DNA of 64,000 nt from a bacterium (GCA_965200245.1 CBDATS010000005.1:736001-800000), one strand, 5' to 3'. Counted from the first letter of the stretch, positions 8,692-19,349 are shown. Numbers and translations: made by a program. Notes: a model not told the origin generated them from the letters alone.

Positions 8692-9573
8692 GTGCCTAAA
8701 ATCGTCGCATACCTGGGGCTCGGCACCATGGGCGGGGCCATGACCAACAATCTTCTGAAGGCGGGATTCGTAGTTCACGGATACGATCCGGCACCCGAGG
8801 CCCGCGCCCGGGCGGAAGAGGCGGGAGCGAAAACCTTCGGCTCCCCTGCCGAGGCGGCTTCCCTTGCGGACGTCATCTGCTCCTCCGTACCCGAAACCAA
8901 GGACGTCCACGAGACCTATCTGGGAGAAAAAGGTGCGCTTCTCACCTCGAAGGAGGGCGTCGTCTGTTTTGATTTTTCCACCATCTCTCCCGTCGGCAGC
9001 CAGGCCATCGCGAAAGAAGCGGCGGAAAAAGGTGCGATATTCCTTGATACGCCCGTGAGTGGCAGCGCACCCAGCGCAGTAAGCGCGGAACTCAACGTGA
9101 TGGTCGGCGGCGATGAGGCAGCGATGAACCGGCACCGCGACGTTCTTGAGGCCATCTCCGAGTCCATTGATTATTTCGGGCCGAACGGCGCGGGCCTGCA
9201 CATGAAACTCGTGGCCAACCAGATCGTCTCGGTGTTTCTCTCTGTGGTATCCGAAGGCCTCACCTTGGGTGAGCGCGCAGGACTCGACCCCGTGGAGATG
9301 ATGAAATACTTAAAGGGTGCTTCCATCCCCAAGATTCTGGCCATCAAGGGCTCTGCCCTGGCAAGCAGGGACTACACGCCTGCTTTCAGGGTCGACCTGA
9401 TGCGAAAAGACCTGCGGCTCATCTCTGAGATGGCCGAAGCGACGAAGACGCCGACGCCCTTCGCCGCGATGGCGCGACAGGTGTATATCGCTTCATCGGC
9501 CATGGGATTCGGCGACGTGGATCAAAACGCCGTGCGCGAGTTTTTCGACAAAACCGCGGGGCTCAACAACTAG
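8692..9573 (+). CDS. NAD(P)-dependent beta-hydroxyacid dehydrogenase (3-hydroxyisobutyrate dehydrogenase family)
   Basis: YLGLGTMG, LDTPVSG, MKLVANQ and MRKDL motifs. GTG 8692 follows GAAGGAG. Confidence 0.85.
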   Translation: MPKIVAYLGLGTMGGAMTNNLLKAGFVVHGYDPAPEARARAEEAGAKTFGSPAEAASLADVICSSVPETKDVHETYLGEKGALLTSKEGVVCFDFSTISPVGSQAIAKEAAEKGAIFLDTPVSGSAPSAVSAELNVMVGGDEAAMNRHRDVLEAISESIDYFGPNGAGLHMKLVANQIVSVFLSVVSEGLTLGERAGLDPVEMMKYLKGASIPKILAIKGSALASRDYTPAFRVDLMRKDLRLISEMAEATKTPTPFAAMARQVYIASSAMGFGDVDQNAVREFFDKTAGLNN

Positions 9574-9591
9574 TGCTGTACAACGGAAACC

Positions 9592-10581
9592 TCAAGTCGC
9601 CTGCTTGAAAAACCCTTCGACGGGGAGTTCTGCACCTACGCCTTGCACCTTCGCACGCCGGTAGAGTTCTGCACCCAAGGCTACGTCCTCTATCGCGACT
9701 CCCTGGCTCAGGAAGAGGTTGATTTCATCCTCAGATGCGCGCCCGGGCATCACGCCCGCCGCAATCAACCCAATCTCCGATACCTGACCCCACTGGATGA
9801 CTTTCGCCCGAATGGCACCGACCAAGTCGCCGCTCTCGAATTCGGCGCCTTCCAGATTATCCGTTACGATTCTCCCTCCCGCTGCACGACGGAAAGTTTC
9901 GTCGTCCACTTCACGGTTCGTGACGCGGTTCGAACCTGCCGCAATGACCGTCGTACCCGGCTCCAGATCGTTTCCATCAAATACCGGTTCGCGCGCCGTG
10001 GTAATGGTGCATACGATTTGCGAGCCTTTCACGGCCTCGCTCGCCGATTCCACCAGAACGAGTTCCGTGCTCACCTTACCCTGCATCGCCTGAACGAATT
10101 TTTCTCTCTTCTCGGCGCGGCGGCTGTGCACTTTCACCATTTTGAGGTCGCGCGCGCAGCAGAGGGCTTCAAGTTGCGACCTCGCCTGCCAGCCCGTGCC
10201 GATCAGCCCGGCCACCGAAGCGTCATTTCGCGCCATGTATTTCGCGGCGACGCCGCTCGCAGCTCCCGTGCGCATCTGCCCCTGCACGTTGGCTTCCATG
10301 AGTGAGAGCAACTCGGAGGTGTTCGCGTCCCACAACAGGAAAATGAACCGCACACCGATACCCGGAAACGTGGTATAGACCTTGAGACCCAAATAGCCCT
10401 CGTTTTCATCCACGATCCCGCCAAACATGACGTGCATCGTACCCTTGGGGACAAATACCCGTCGCCTCGGCTGATTCGGCGCACGCCCTTCCCCCTGGGC
10501 CTTGAAGCATTTTTCCACCACGTCCATGACATCGGACATGTTCACCAGTCTCTTTACGTCGGATTCATTCAAATAAAGCAA
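9592..10581 (-). CDS. Ornithine cyclodeaminase / mu-crystallin family protein
   Basis: MRTGAASGVAAKYMAR, IGTGWQARSQ and SQGVAIED motifs. Confidence 0.88.
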   Translation of the reverse strand: MLYLNESDVKRLVNMSDVMDVVEKCFKAQGEGRAPNQPRRRVFVPKGTMHVMFGGIVDENEGYLGLKVYTTFPGIGVRFIFLLWDANTSELLSLMEANVQGQMRTGAASGVAAKYMARNDASVAGLIGTGWQARSQLEALCCARDLKMVKVHSRRAEKREKFVQAMQGKVSTELVLVESASEAVKGSQIVCTITTAREPVFDGNDLEPGTTVIAAGSNRVTNREVDDETFRRAAGGRIVTDNLEGAEFESGDLVGAIRAKVIQWGQVSEIGLIAAGVMPGRASEDEINLFLSQGVAIEDVALGAELYRRAKVQGVGAELPVEGFFKQAT

Positions 10582-10628
10582 CGATCCTTTCTCCTCTGCA
10601 ATTCAAGATGTACGGGAATCAAATCATT

Positions 10629-11876
10629 TCAGGTTAAAGCCACACTCGAAAAAGTGACCGTTCCGTTTGGGTCAGGCCATTGTGAATAGCGGAGCACCTC
10701 CCCTTCGCAACCATCCAGAACACGCAACATGGTGTAGATGGGCGCTAGACCGCACACGTTTCTCGCGTCCCCATCGTTGACCACGCTCCAGTAAAATGCT
10801 TCCGCATCTCCACGGCACACCGCCTCCAAAGATTTCCCATCCGCTTGGGCGAGTTCTTTCAGCCGCACCTCATCCACGGGAGTTTCATCGCCGAACTGAG
10901 GGCCGACATGGGCGAAATCCACACTCGCTATCAGGCAGACCTTCCCTCCGTTTTGACGGTGCGCCGCCATTGTCTCTTTCAACGCGGAGACGAAAGTCTC
11001 CACCTGCCCATCACCTCGGGGAGATCGTCCCTCCGAGACAAACCCGTGAAACGAACCCACCAAGACGGGAACGAACCGGACCGGCCGAACGTCAGCAAAG
11101 AGATATTGCAGAAAAACCGCCTGAAATTCGATGGAATGTTCACTGCGATGTACAAATTCATCCTGAAAGGAGTTCACCGCCAACCTGTCCGAGAGCTGTT
11201 CCACGAACCCTGTGTCCGTCTGCAACGCGCCGAACGGCGTCTCGAAAGATTTGCACGTGAGGTTATAGATGTACTTCGTCATAGCGTGGACCGTTCCCAG
11301 AACGACGAACAAATCGGCGTCGGCTTTTTCTGCGATAGCTTTATACGCCCACGCGAATGTGGAGCCTCCGCAATGAAAATCGATATGCGGGGCGACCACA
11401 CCCCGAAGCGGCTCGGCCGGCGACCGGGAAATATTCACGGGCATCCCAGGGCCTTCGGCGTCCATGAAAAAACCATCGATTCGGGAGCGTAAAAGCGCAG
11501 GGTCCGCATCGTAGCTTTTGCCCGCCAGAAAACTCGGGCGCACCGGATCACGCAGGTAAGCCTCCCGGCAGGAAGCGCTCCAGGAGGCGAAGTCGTCTCC
11601 TTCCAGGAAATGCGCCTCCTCGAGCCGGGCAATCATCGCCCTGTAGCTCTCTTCAGAAATATGCATCCCGTGGAGGGATCTGCATTGCGCCTTGATGTCT
11701 TCGAAAGTGTGGCGCCCATCGAGCAGGCTCAACACCGGAATCAGCGCCATAGGAGCATAAAGAACGGCCTCGCTCAGATGAAGTGGATCTCTGAGCACCA
11801 ACATTTTCTGGCCTTGATGTTCAGCAGGGGCGGCCTCCACGGGCCTCAGCTTCATCCTCTGTAACGTCACATCCAA
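10629..11876 (-). CDS. amrB: AmmeMemoRadiSam system protein B (MEMO1 family) with N-terminal extension
   Basis: AGKSY, VAPHIDF, EHSIEFQ, SVDFAHVG and NVCG motifs. Confidence 0.85.
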   Translation of the reverse strand: MDVTLQRMKLRPVEAAPAEHQGQKMLVLRDPLHLSEAVLYAPMALIPVLSLLDGRHTFEDIKAQCRSLHGMHISEESYRAMIARLEEAHFLEGDDFASWSASCREAYLRDPVRPSFLAGKSYDADPALLRSRIDGFFMDAEGPGMPVNISRSPAEPLRGVVAPHIDFHCGGSTFAWAYKAIAEKADADLFVVLGTVHAMTKYIYNLTCKSFETPFGALQTDTGFVEQLSDRLAVNSFQDEFVHRSEHSIEFQAVFLQYLFADVRPVRFVPVLVGSFHGFVSEGRSPRGDGQVETFVSALKETMAAHRQNGGKVCLIASVDFAHVGPQFGDETPVDEVRLKELAQADGKSLEAVCRGDAEAFYWSVVNDGDARNVCGLAPIYTMLRVLDGCEGEVLRYSQWPDPNGTVTFSSVALT

Positions 11877-11882
11877 AATCCC

Positions 11883-13091
11883 TCACCCCCTGCCTTGATC
11901 GGCATGACGCCCGAAAAACGGAGCACACAATATCCCGATGAGGGATACAACCGACAACACGTAGAAACCCGGACCGAACGAGCCGGCCCAGTCCCTTATC
12001 GCTCCAATCGTCCAAGGACCGACGAAGCCGCCTAGATAACCCATACCGATAATCAAGCCGCCCGCCCTACCCACCTGGCTTTTCTGTACGTATTGCGCGG
12101 GATAGGCCAGGCAGAACAAAAACCAGTAATTCGTGGTGAGGCCCAAAGCGGCGGTTCCCGCCGCAACGATCCATGCGTTTCCCGCCGGCATGAGGGCCAG
12201 TACCAACGCCGTGAACAACCCGCACAAAGCTATCATGACCCGTTCGCCACCAATGGCCAGCGCTATTTTGTGCGCGCTCAGGGAAGCAAAAATTCCGAGT
12301 AAAGGCAAACTTGACACGATAAGTGCGGCACTCGCCTGCGACCAGCCTTTCACTATGAGAACCGTGGCCAGCCAACCCAAGCTCGTATAAAAGACGATGT
12401 TGTTGACGAACAGAGAAGTCCCGACCGCCCAGACAGCAGGTAGTCGATACACCATGACGCTTTGGGTCGAAGCGGATTCGGTTTCCAGGTCTACAGTGAG
12501 CGAGGTTGTGCTTTTTTGCCAAACGATAAACGCCACAACCAAAACTAGCGCCCAACCCAGATAGCCGCCGCGCCAGACATTCCCTCCCCACCCGGCGGGC
12601 AAAATCGCTACGGCCGGTGCCATGTAGTGCGAGGCTGCAACACCCAAACCCGCGCCTGCTATGATGGAAGCCGTGTAGACGGCGGAACCCAACTCATTTC
12701 GTTGAAGAGGAACTATCGTCCCCACCACTTTCGGCATGACGGGAAACACCAGTCCTGTGCCCGCACCCACGAGCGCGATTCCCGAAGCGAGCGACCAGAA
12801 ATCTCCGCTCGAGAGACGGACAATTCCTCCCAGCAGAGTGAAGCATACACCGCTCACGACCACCTTCTTGACACCCAGTCGATCCACCAGTCGCCCACCT
12901 GCGACCGCGAAAAAAGCAATCAACGGAAATGGTGCGGAAAGCAGAAAACCGCCCGCGCCATAGGTGAGGTTCAAATCATCCCGTATGAAACCAATGAGTC
13001 CGCTCGTCGAGACCAGTGAGCCAAAAACGGCGAAAATGATGAAACAGGCGGCTCCCAGTATCGGTCGCCAGTGCGGATTTTCTTCGCTCAT
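11883..13091 (-). CDS. MFS transporter (CynX-like)
   Basis: About 12 hydrophobic segments and GRLVDRLG motif A. ATG 13091 overlaps the upstream TGA (ATGA). Confidence 0.85.
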   Translation of the reverse strand: MSEENPHWRPILGAACFIIFAVFGSLVSTSGLIGFIRDDLNLTYGAGGFLLSAPFPLIAFFAVAGGRLVDRLGVKKVVVSGVCFTLLGGIVRLSSGDFWSLASGIALVGAGTGLVFPVMPKVVGTIVPLQRNELGSAVYTASIIAGAGLGVAASHYMAPAVAILPAGWGGNVWRGGYLGWALVLVVAFIVWQKSTTSLTVDLETESASTQSVMVYRLPAVWAVGTSLFVNNIVFYTSLGWLATVLIVKGWSQASAALIVSSLPLLGIFASLSAHKIALAIGGERVMIALCGLFTALVLALMPAGNAWIVAAGTAALGLTTNYWFLFCLAYPAQYVQKSQVGRAGGLIIGMGYLGGFVGPWTIGAIRDWAGSFGPGFYVLSVVSLIGILCAPFFGRHADQGRG

Positions 13092-14041
13092 TCGTCCAAC
13101 CCCAGGAGGCGCGCCGCATTCCCTCCCAGCCATTTCTCCATCACGGCCGGCTTGAGAGGGAGATTCATCGCCTCCTCTAAAATCTCCCCGAGAGATATCG
13201 GCAGAAGCGGCCAATCGGTTCCGAACAGAATTTTATCCTGTATTGTGGAATTGCCGAAATGAAGGAGCATCTCCCAGCCCGAATGCGGCGTAGCAAAATA
13301 CTTCCATCTGTGACCTGAGGGGTCAATGTAGAGATTCGGTTGCCGCCAAGCGGCGGCGACCATCTCCGGCACCCAGGGCCAGCCGCCGTGGCCAGCGATA
13401 ACCTTCAGGTCGGGCATTTCGCCGCAGAGGCGATCCAAAGCCAGAGGTCTACCGAGTTCCATTGGATGAGCGGGCGCCCAGTTTACCGACGTGTGAATCC
13501 ATACGGGAACACCCAGTTCAACGCACTTTCTGTAGACGGGACGATATTCAGGCGCATCGGCGGGCAAGCGATGCAGAAAAGGAACGAGAAACGCTCCGTG
13601 CAGACCATATTTGCGGATGCCCTCTTCCAGCGTGACCGCCGCATTGTCCTTGTTGGGGTCGACGCCCTGAAAGGCCAGAATCCGTTCCGGATACGAATCC
13701 ACCGCACGGGCGAGGACATTAGGGTCGAGCGGTGAAACGCCGGTAGTGCTCTCCTGATCGATGCTGAATACAACCGCTTTGTCGTAACCCGCTGCACCCA
13801 GAAGTGATATGAACTCTTCAATGGGCCGTCCGAGCCTCGCGGATATTTCCTCAATGAAGCTGTGGATTTCCGATGGCGTCGTCCCCACCACCTTGCTGCG
13901 AAACTCCTCTTCCTCGACGCCGCAAAAAGCGCTCAAGCCCTTCGCGAACATTTCCAGGTAACCGGGAATCGACGCCCAGCCCGAGAGGCGGGCGCGATAG
14001 GACTCCGCTACGGGCAAGAAGCTACAGATGTCGATAATCAA
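13088..14041 (-). CDS. Amidohydrolase 2 family protein
   Basis: VWIHTS, AGHGGWPW and ILFGTDWP motifs. Confidence 0.88.
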   Translation of the reverse strand: MIIDICSFLPVAESYRARLSGWASIPGYLEMFAKGLSAFCGVEEEEFRSKVVGTTPSEIHSFIEEISARLGRPIEEFISLLGAAGYDKAVVFSIDQESTTGVSPLDPNVLARAVDSYPERILAFQGVDPNKDNAAVTLEEGIRKYGLHGAFLVPFLHRLPADAPEYRPVYRKCVELGVPVWIHTSVNWAPAHPMELGRPLALDRLCGEMPDLKVIAGHGGWPWVPEMVAAAWRQPNLYIDPSGHRWKYFATPHSGWEMLLHFGNSTIQDKILFGTDWPLLPISLGEILEEAMNLPLKPAVMEKWLGGNAARLLGLDE

Positions 14042-14843
14042 TGCGGTCGGCCCTGGGTCTGCCCGGAAAAAGCGCTCGACCGAAAGAGAAAGAAATCATT
14101 TTGACTTAAAGTCAATCGTACAGAACCCACCTGTATTGCCAGGATAAAAACGATCAGGATGGCCAAAGAACCGCTCCTTCTCACGTCTCCTCCTCTCCTG
14201 ATAGCGTCGATAAGCAGTTCGAACAACAACACGGCGCAACCTACAAGAAACATTATGAAGGGTGACCCACCTGACACCAGTATTCCCTCCACGAACCCGG
14301 AATCCCTGAGTAAAGCCAGCCTGCGACGATCCCGTCTGCATCATGTAAAGAGCAAAAGGCAAACCTCGCGCCGATTTGTACCCAACACGTGCCGCTTGGC
14401 ATCGTAGCGGTACTCTACCAACTGAAGGTTTTTCCTCCAAGAAACATGAGAACATGACCGCCCACCGAAAACACTGAAAGACAAAAATGCGCTATGACCC
14501 ACAAAAAAGATGAGCCCGTGATAAAGCACCCGTTCCACGCCTCTTCCTGGATAAGTAGGCATGGAGTCATACCACAGAGCACGAACATCCAGACCAACCC
14601 TGCACTCTGCATGGCGAGTTCGTCCCATCTGGGGTCTATGCCCTTCGAGACGCGGGACTTGACAAGCAGGGTGAAAACAGCGTCGCCGCAGACGAACACT
14701 CCCGCCAGGGCGAAGGGGAAATAAAAAACGCCGCCAATAGATGATCAGGGAGCGACAACGCTTCCTGAAATGGAAATGGCACCGCAGTTTCCCAATCGAA
14801 TGCGAGATGCACTGCAACGTCTGGACGAGAAAAACCGATTCAC
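14038..14843 (-). pseudogene. Decayed polytopic membrane protein
   Basis: Hydrophobic frame broken by TGA (~14745), TAG (14415) and a frameshift near 14295. The final TGA overlaps the amidohydrolase TTG start. Confidence 0.45.
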
Positions 14844-14849
14844 CAGAAG

Positions 14850-15968
14850 TTATATTTTCACAACCTGTCTCGCCAGATATTTTTCGAGTTTATCGTCATC
14901 CAGAACGACGCCCAACCCGGGCGCGTCGGAGATCGTATGCCGGCCTGTGCTCATGTCGACCGGAGAATCTACGACGTCGTCAAGCATTTTCTCAGGGCCG
15001 ACGGATTCAATCGACGCAAGGAAAGCATTCGAAGTCGCCGCCACGTGAATCTCGCCCAGCGTGTAGGGCGACAGCCCGAATCCGTGGCCGATTACCAGCT
15101 TCATGCGGGCAGCCTCTGCCGTAGCGACCATGTCCCGAACCCGAAGGGGGCCGCCTTGCTTCATGATTTTGACCTTGACGATATCGGCGGCTTCCGCCCG
15201 AATAATCTCAAGCAGGCTCTCCGGCCCGAACACGCACTCATCCGCCATGACGGGGATGTTGATGGAGCGGCGTACTCTGGCGAGCCCTTCGATGTCGGTT
15301 CTCGGAACAGGTTGTTCGAAGTGGTGGATATCGGCTCCCTCTACTTCACGAGCGAGAGCAATGGCGTCTTCCACGTTGCCGTAGGATTCATTCGCATCGA
15401 TTCGTATCTCGAAATCATCCCCCGTCGATTCGCGCACGGACAGCACCCGTGCTGCGTCGGATTCTACATCTCCCCCCGTCTTCACCTTGCACGCACGCCA
15501 CCCACGCTCGTAGAAACCCCGCGCCTCGCGCCCCGCCTCATCGGGCGCCTTGATGCCGATCCAGGCGTTGAAGCGCACCTCCTTCTTCACCGCGCCGCCG
15601 AGAAGCTCATGCAACGGAACGCCCAGGTATTTCGCATGCAGGTCCGCCATAGCGAGTGACAGGGCGCCCTTTCCGCCGTCGAAGCCATCACAGACATCGT
15701 CCATTTTCCGTGTAATCTCGCGCGAGGCTCTCGGGTTCGCGCCGATGAGCGCGGGTGCGAGCTTTTGTTCCACGGCGTCTGCGATATCGTCGCGATTCAA
15801 ACCGGAATACCCTGCCACGGGTTCGACGTCGCCGATTCCACAAAAACCGTTGTCCGAAGTCACCCGGACGACGACCGCAGGCTGGACGTTGTGATTGTGG
15901 TTCGCGTTCTTGAAAAAATCCCGCATCGGCATGTCGACGCGGAATACCTCAATGGATGCGACTCTCAC
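14850..15968 (-). CDS. Mandelate racemase / muconate cycloisomerase family (enolase superfamily)
   Basis: KVK, IDANE, EQP, ADE and KIMKQGG motifs. Confidence 0.9.
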   Translation of the reverse strand: MRVASIEVFRVDMPMRDFFKNANHNHNVQPAVVVRVTSDNGFCGIGDVEPVAGYSGLNRDDIADAVEQKLAPALIGANPRASREITRKMDDVCDGFDGGKGALSLAMADLHAKYLGVPLHELLGGAVKKEVRFNAWIGIKAPDEAGREARGFYERGWRACKVKTGGDVESDAARVLSVRESTGDDFEIRIDANESYGNVEDAIALAREVEGADIHHFEQPVPRTDIEGLARVRRSINIPVMADECVFGPESLLEIIRAEAADIVKVKIMKQGGPLRVRDMVATAEAARMKLVIGHGFGLSPYTLGEIHVAATSNAFLASIESVGPEKMLDDVVDSPVDMSTGRHTISDAPGLGVVLDDDKLEKYLARQVVKI

Positions 15969-16016
15969 GTATAATCCTCCCTCATCCAGAGCAGGCCGAA
16001 GTACCTCGAACGTACC

Positions 16017-19000
16017 TCATTCCGCTTGTGCCACGACCTCGCATACGTGCTTTCTTAACACATCATCTACACGGCGAGAAACGTCTACGCCCGGACGCAG
16101 GAAAGAAAACACGAGGTCATCCACTTCCAGACCGGTCACCGCCTCAAGCGCCATGACATAGGCACCCCCCTGGTTCTCATAGAACGATGCCTTCTCTTCC
16201 TCCTCGCCTTCGGCAACCTTATCCGTCTTGAAGTCCACAATCGTCAATTTCTCTTTTTCCTCGAACACCAAGTCGATGAATCCCCGAATCACCCTGCCCT
16301 CCAATTCGAACATGAAGGGCAACTCCTGCCAGCGCCTCGGTGCTACGCCTGCACGCGCAAGAATACCATTCTCCAAAGAATTCCGTATCAAATCCATGGC
16401 GAACGCAACGTCGTCTTCGCCCAAATCGAGTGTGTGGGCGAAGGCAACGCCCACTTCCTGCAAACTCTCCAAACATTCGCGCGTAGGCGGCTCAAGACGC
16501 GCGAGGATAGCATGAACAAGGTTCCCGAACGCCGTGCCTCCTGCGTGAACCTCCTGGTCTTGTGGCGTCTCCTCATCTGGATGCGTCCATGAGGTGACAG
16601 ATTCTTCTGCATCCAGACCTTTCGCGAGTCCGCTGGGAGCCAAGGGTTTTTTCATGTCGATCGGCTTTTTCAGGCGTTTTAGTCTCTCATCGAGAGCAGC
16701 ACGCCGCGTGAGGATGATCCCCGGCTCCCCGTTTTCTGGACAGAACGCTTCGTCGCCAAGCCGCAGGATGGGTTCAGCAGGTTTCGACGCCTCCGGCAAA
16801 ACTTCGATGACGGAGACCATCTGACTCATTTTTTCTATCTCGTCCTCGCCCAGGCCCGCGTCTTTCATGAAAAAACGAAAACCCGATTCCGGCCAGAGCA
16901 GATAATCCTCCGCCCGCGTCGCCGCCACGTACCAAAGACGCTTTGTTTCCGCCTGCTGGAACCGGTCTTCGCGCCCAAGCGCATCCATATAGCCCAGCGT
17001 ATCGAGTCGTCTGTTTCCCGAACCCAGATGCAGATCGACCGCTTCGTTTCCTTTCTCGTGGCTCGCGATACGCTCCCTGGGGTGCCGATCTACACTTCCC
17101 TCCAAATCGGCCAAGGCAACGACAGGAAATTCCAGCCCCTTGGCCTGGTGAACGCTCATCAACCGAACCGCTCGTCCCTCATGAGCATCCAAAAACGCCT
17201 CTGGTTCCTTGACATCGCGCTCTGGTCCGTACTGCGCTACCAGATGCGTGGTGAAAGCATCCACGCCCCCCACCCCCCCGCCTGCGAACTCGTGCGCCAT
17301 GTCGAGGAGTTTTTCCAGATTGGCGACGCGCTGTTCTCCGTTTGATGAGGCCATGAACAACTCGAGCGCTCCCGTACGGCGGTATATTTCCTCCAAAAGG
17401 GAACGCGCGCTCGAATCTCTCTTCATCTTGTGAAGCAGGCGCATTTCTCGAACCGCCTCTTGCAACTCCCCAGGCGGGTCTTGCGTTTTCAAAAAGTAAC
17501 GGGCGAGTTCCACGTCCGAAAAACCGTACAGGGGAGAGCGCAGGGCGGCGGAAAGTGCAAGCGGGTCGCCGGGCCACACCGCAGCGGCCAAAACCGAGAT
17601 GACCGAGCCAACCTCGAACTTGTCGTAAAACCCGTGCCCACCATCGGTCACGAACGGAACCTCCGCAGCGCGAAAGGCACCCTCAAACTCCGCGTAACCC
17701 GTTCTCGTGCGGAACAAGACGGCGACATCACCATAGTGGACAAACCGACGCTTGTTTTGCTCTTTATCGCGAATTTCTACCTTCCTCTCCACCAAATCGC
17801 GAATCGCCATGACAAGGCATGCGGCCTCACTCTTTCTCCTGTCTTCTGCTGTCACCTTGCTACCCTCGGCTGGTCTGTCTCCCCCTTCTTGTCTTCTGAT
17901 CAGGAAAACGGCCGGTTCCAAGGATTCGCGATGCGCAACGAGTTCGACGTATTCAGGCTGGACAGCGGTGTTCGCGGAGTCGTGAACGATGACGCGTGAG
18001 AATACCTCATTCACGAAATCGACCACGCCGGGGGTACTGCGGAAATTTTCTTGAATGTACAGTACTCGTCCATCCGGGAGATCCCCAATCTTCTCCCGCA
18101 CTTCATGGTAGATGGCGATATCCGCCCGGCGGAAGCGATAGATGGATTGTTTTGGGTCGCCTACGAGAAACAGCCTGGCGTCATCCATCCGCACTGCTCG
18201 CCAGTCAGCGTTATCTCCTGTTCCTGCAAGCAAGAAAATTAACTCGACCTGCAGTAGGTCTGTATCCTGAAACTCATCGACAAGAAAATGCTTGATTCCC
18301 TCGCGGATTCTCCTTCGCACACCGGGGTTTTTCCGGGCGAGCTTCGTTGCCAGAAACAGCATGTCCTGATAGGACAAAAGCCCCGCTTCGCGAAGACCCT
18401 GCTCGAAAGACTCGGTGAAGTCTCGAACGAGCGGAACCAGACCGGCGATCATCTCGTGGGCGATTAACGCGGCTCCTTCTCGCAAGAACCTATCGTATTC
18501 TCTCCGGAAGTGTTTTAGGTTTTCTCTGCCTTCTTCTTTTGAACTCCCCCAGTTCGCCGCTGAACCTACCCCCTTGTTCAGTTTGAACCCGGGATTCCAA
18601 AACTCACGCAGAAGCTCGGTTTGCGAAAGTTCGGAGAGACCCTCTATCCAGCTTCTCGCCATTTCCAGTTGCTGGAAAGCCTTGTCTTTTTTATTCATGC
18701 AGTGGCGCCCCACCTCCGCCCAAGTACTGAACGCTTCCGCTACTTCCGTGTAGATTCTATCGGGAGAAACGTCTCGTGAACGGGGGAAATGTTCTCTCAA
18801 CTCCGGCAGGTCGAGCAGGGCGTCGCGGATTCTCTCCAGATCGGCCACCTGGAAACCGAGTTCCAGAAAATCACGCAGTTGCGCATCCTCGCCGTTCAGC
18901 ACCTGCGTCAGCCAGTCGCGCCAAGCCGTGTCGCGTCGCGCCTCGTACTCGATTTCATCCACATTTCCTGCTTCGGGGGGAAGCCCTGCGTCCAGCGAGA

Positions 19001-19349
19001 AACTCCGCAAGAGGTTGAGGGCGAAGCCGTGGATCGTGGAGATGCGCGCGGATTCCAGGTTCTCCAGCGCATCCTGCAATCGCGCTCTCGTTTCTTCGCC
19101 CTGTTCTTCAAGCGCCGCTGCGCGAATCCCACGGCGGATCCTGTCCTTCAGTTCCGCAGTCGCTTTTCGCGTGAAAGTGATGGCAGCTATCTCATCAAGA
19201 CGCACGCCTTCACTTAGAATCAGGTGAAGGATTCTATCCACGAGCAGGGTCGTCTTGCCCGTACCCGCGCCCGCTTCGACGAGAATGGGGCCGCGCGTCC
19301 AAGTCGTGGCCTCGCGTCGCTGCACCTGATCGCGTGGGTGTGCGTTCAT
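16017..19349 (-). CDS. addA: AddA-like ATP-dependent helicase/nuclease subunit A
   Basis: AGAGTGKT, TIHGF, VDEFQD, VGDPKQSIYRFR, SVHQAKGLEF, YVAATRA; C-terminal RGFIDLV...VDFKT nuclease. Start at 19349 overlaps the addB stop (ATGA). Confidence 0.9.
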   Translation of the reverse strand: MNAHPRDQVQRREATTWTRGPILVEAGAGTGKTTLLVDRILHLILSEGVRLDEIAAITFTRKATAELKDRIRRGIRAAALEEQGEETRARLQDALENLESARISTIHGFALNLLRSFSLDAGLPPEAGNVDEIEYEARRDTAWRDWLTQVLNGEDAQLRDFLELGFQVADLERIRDALLDLPELREHFPRSRDVSPDRIYTEVAEAFSTWAEVGRHCMNKKDKAFQQLEMARSWIEGLSELSQTELLREFWNPGFKLNKGVGSAANWGSSKEEGRENLKHFRREYDRFLREGAALIAHEMIAGLVPLVRDFTESFEQGLREAGLLSYQDMLFLATKLARKNPGVRRRIREGIKHFLVDEFQDTDLLQVELIFLLAGTGDNADWRAVRMDDARLFLVGDPKQSIYRFRRADIAIYHEVREKIGDLPDGRVLYIQENFRSTPGVVDFVNEVFSRVIVHDSANTAVQPEYVELVAHRESLEPAVFLIRRQEGGDRPAEGSKVTAEDRRKSEAACLVMAIRDLVERKVEIRDKEQNKRRFVHYGDVAVLFRTRTGYAEFEGAFRAAEVPFVTDGGHGFYDKFEVGSVISVLAAAVWPGDPLALSAALRSPLYGFSDVELARYFLKTQDPPGELQEAVREMRLLHKMKRDSSARSLLEEIYRRTGALELFMASSNGEQRVANLEKLLDMAHEFAGGGVGGVDAFTTHLVAQYGPERDVKEPEAFLDAHEGRAVRLMSVHQAKGLEFPVVALADLEGSVDRHPRERIASHEKGNEAVDLHLGSGNRRLDTLGYMDALGREDRFQQAETKRLWYVAATRAEDYLLWPESGFRFFMKDAGLGEDEIEKMSQMVSVIEVLPEASKPAEPILRLGDEAFCPENGEPGIILTRRAALDERLKRLKKPIDMKKPLAPSGLAKGLDAEESVTSWTHPDEETPQDQEVHAGGTAFGNLVHAILARLEPPTRECLESLQEVGVAFAHTLDLGEDDVAFAMDLIRNSLENGILARAGVAPRRWQELPFMFELEGRVIRGFIDLVFEEKEKLTIVDFKTDKVAEGEEEEKASFYENQGGAYVMALEAVTGLEVDDLVFSFLRPGVDVSRRVDDVLRKHVCEVVAQAE

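Noticed and set aside
14743-14747. In-frame TGA in the decayed membrane gene as a second Sec codon
   Set aside because: The same frame also has a TAG and a frameshift; no redox motif or convincing hairpin.
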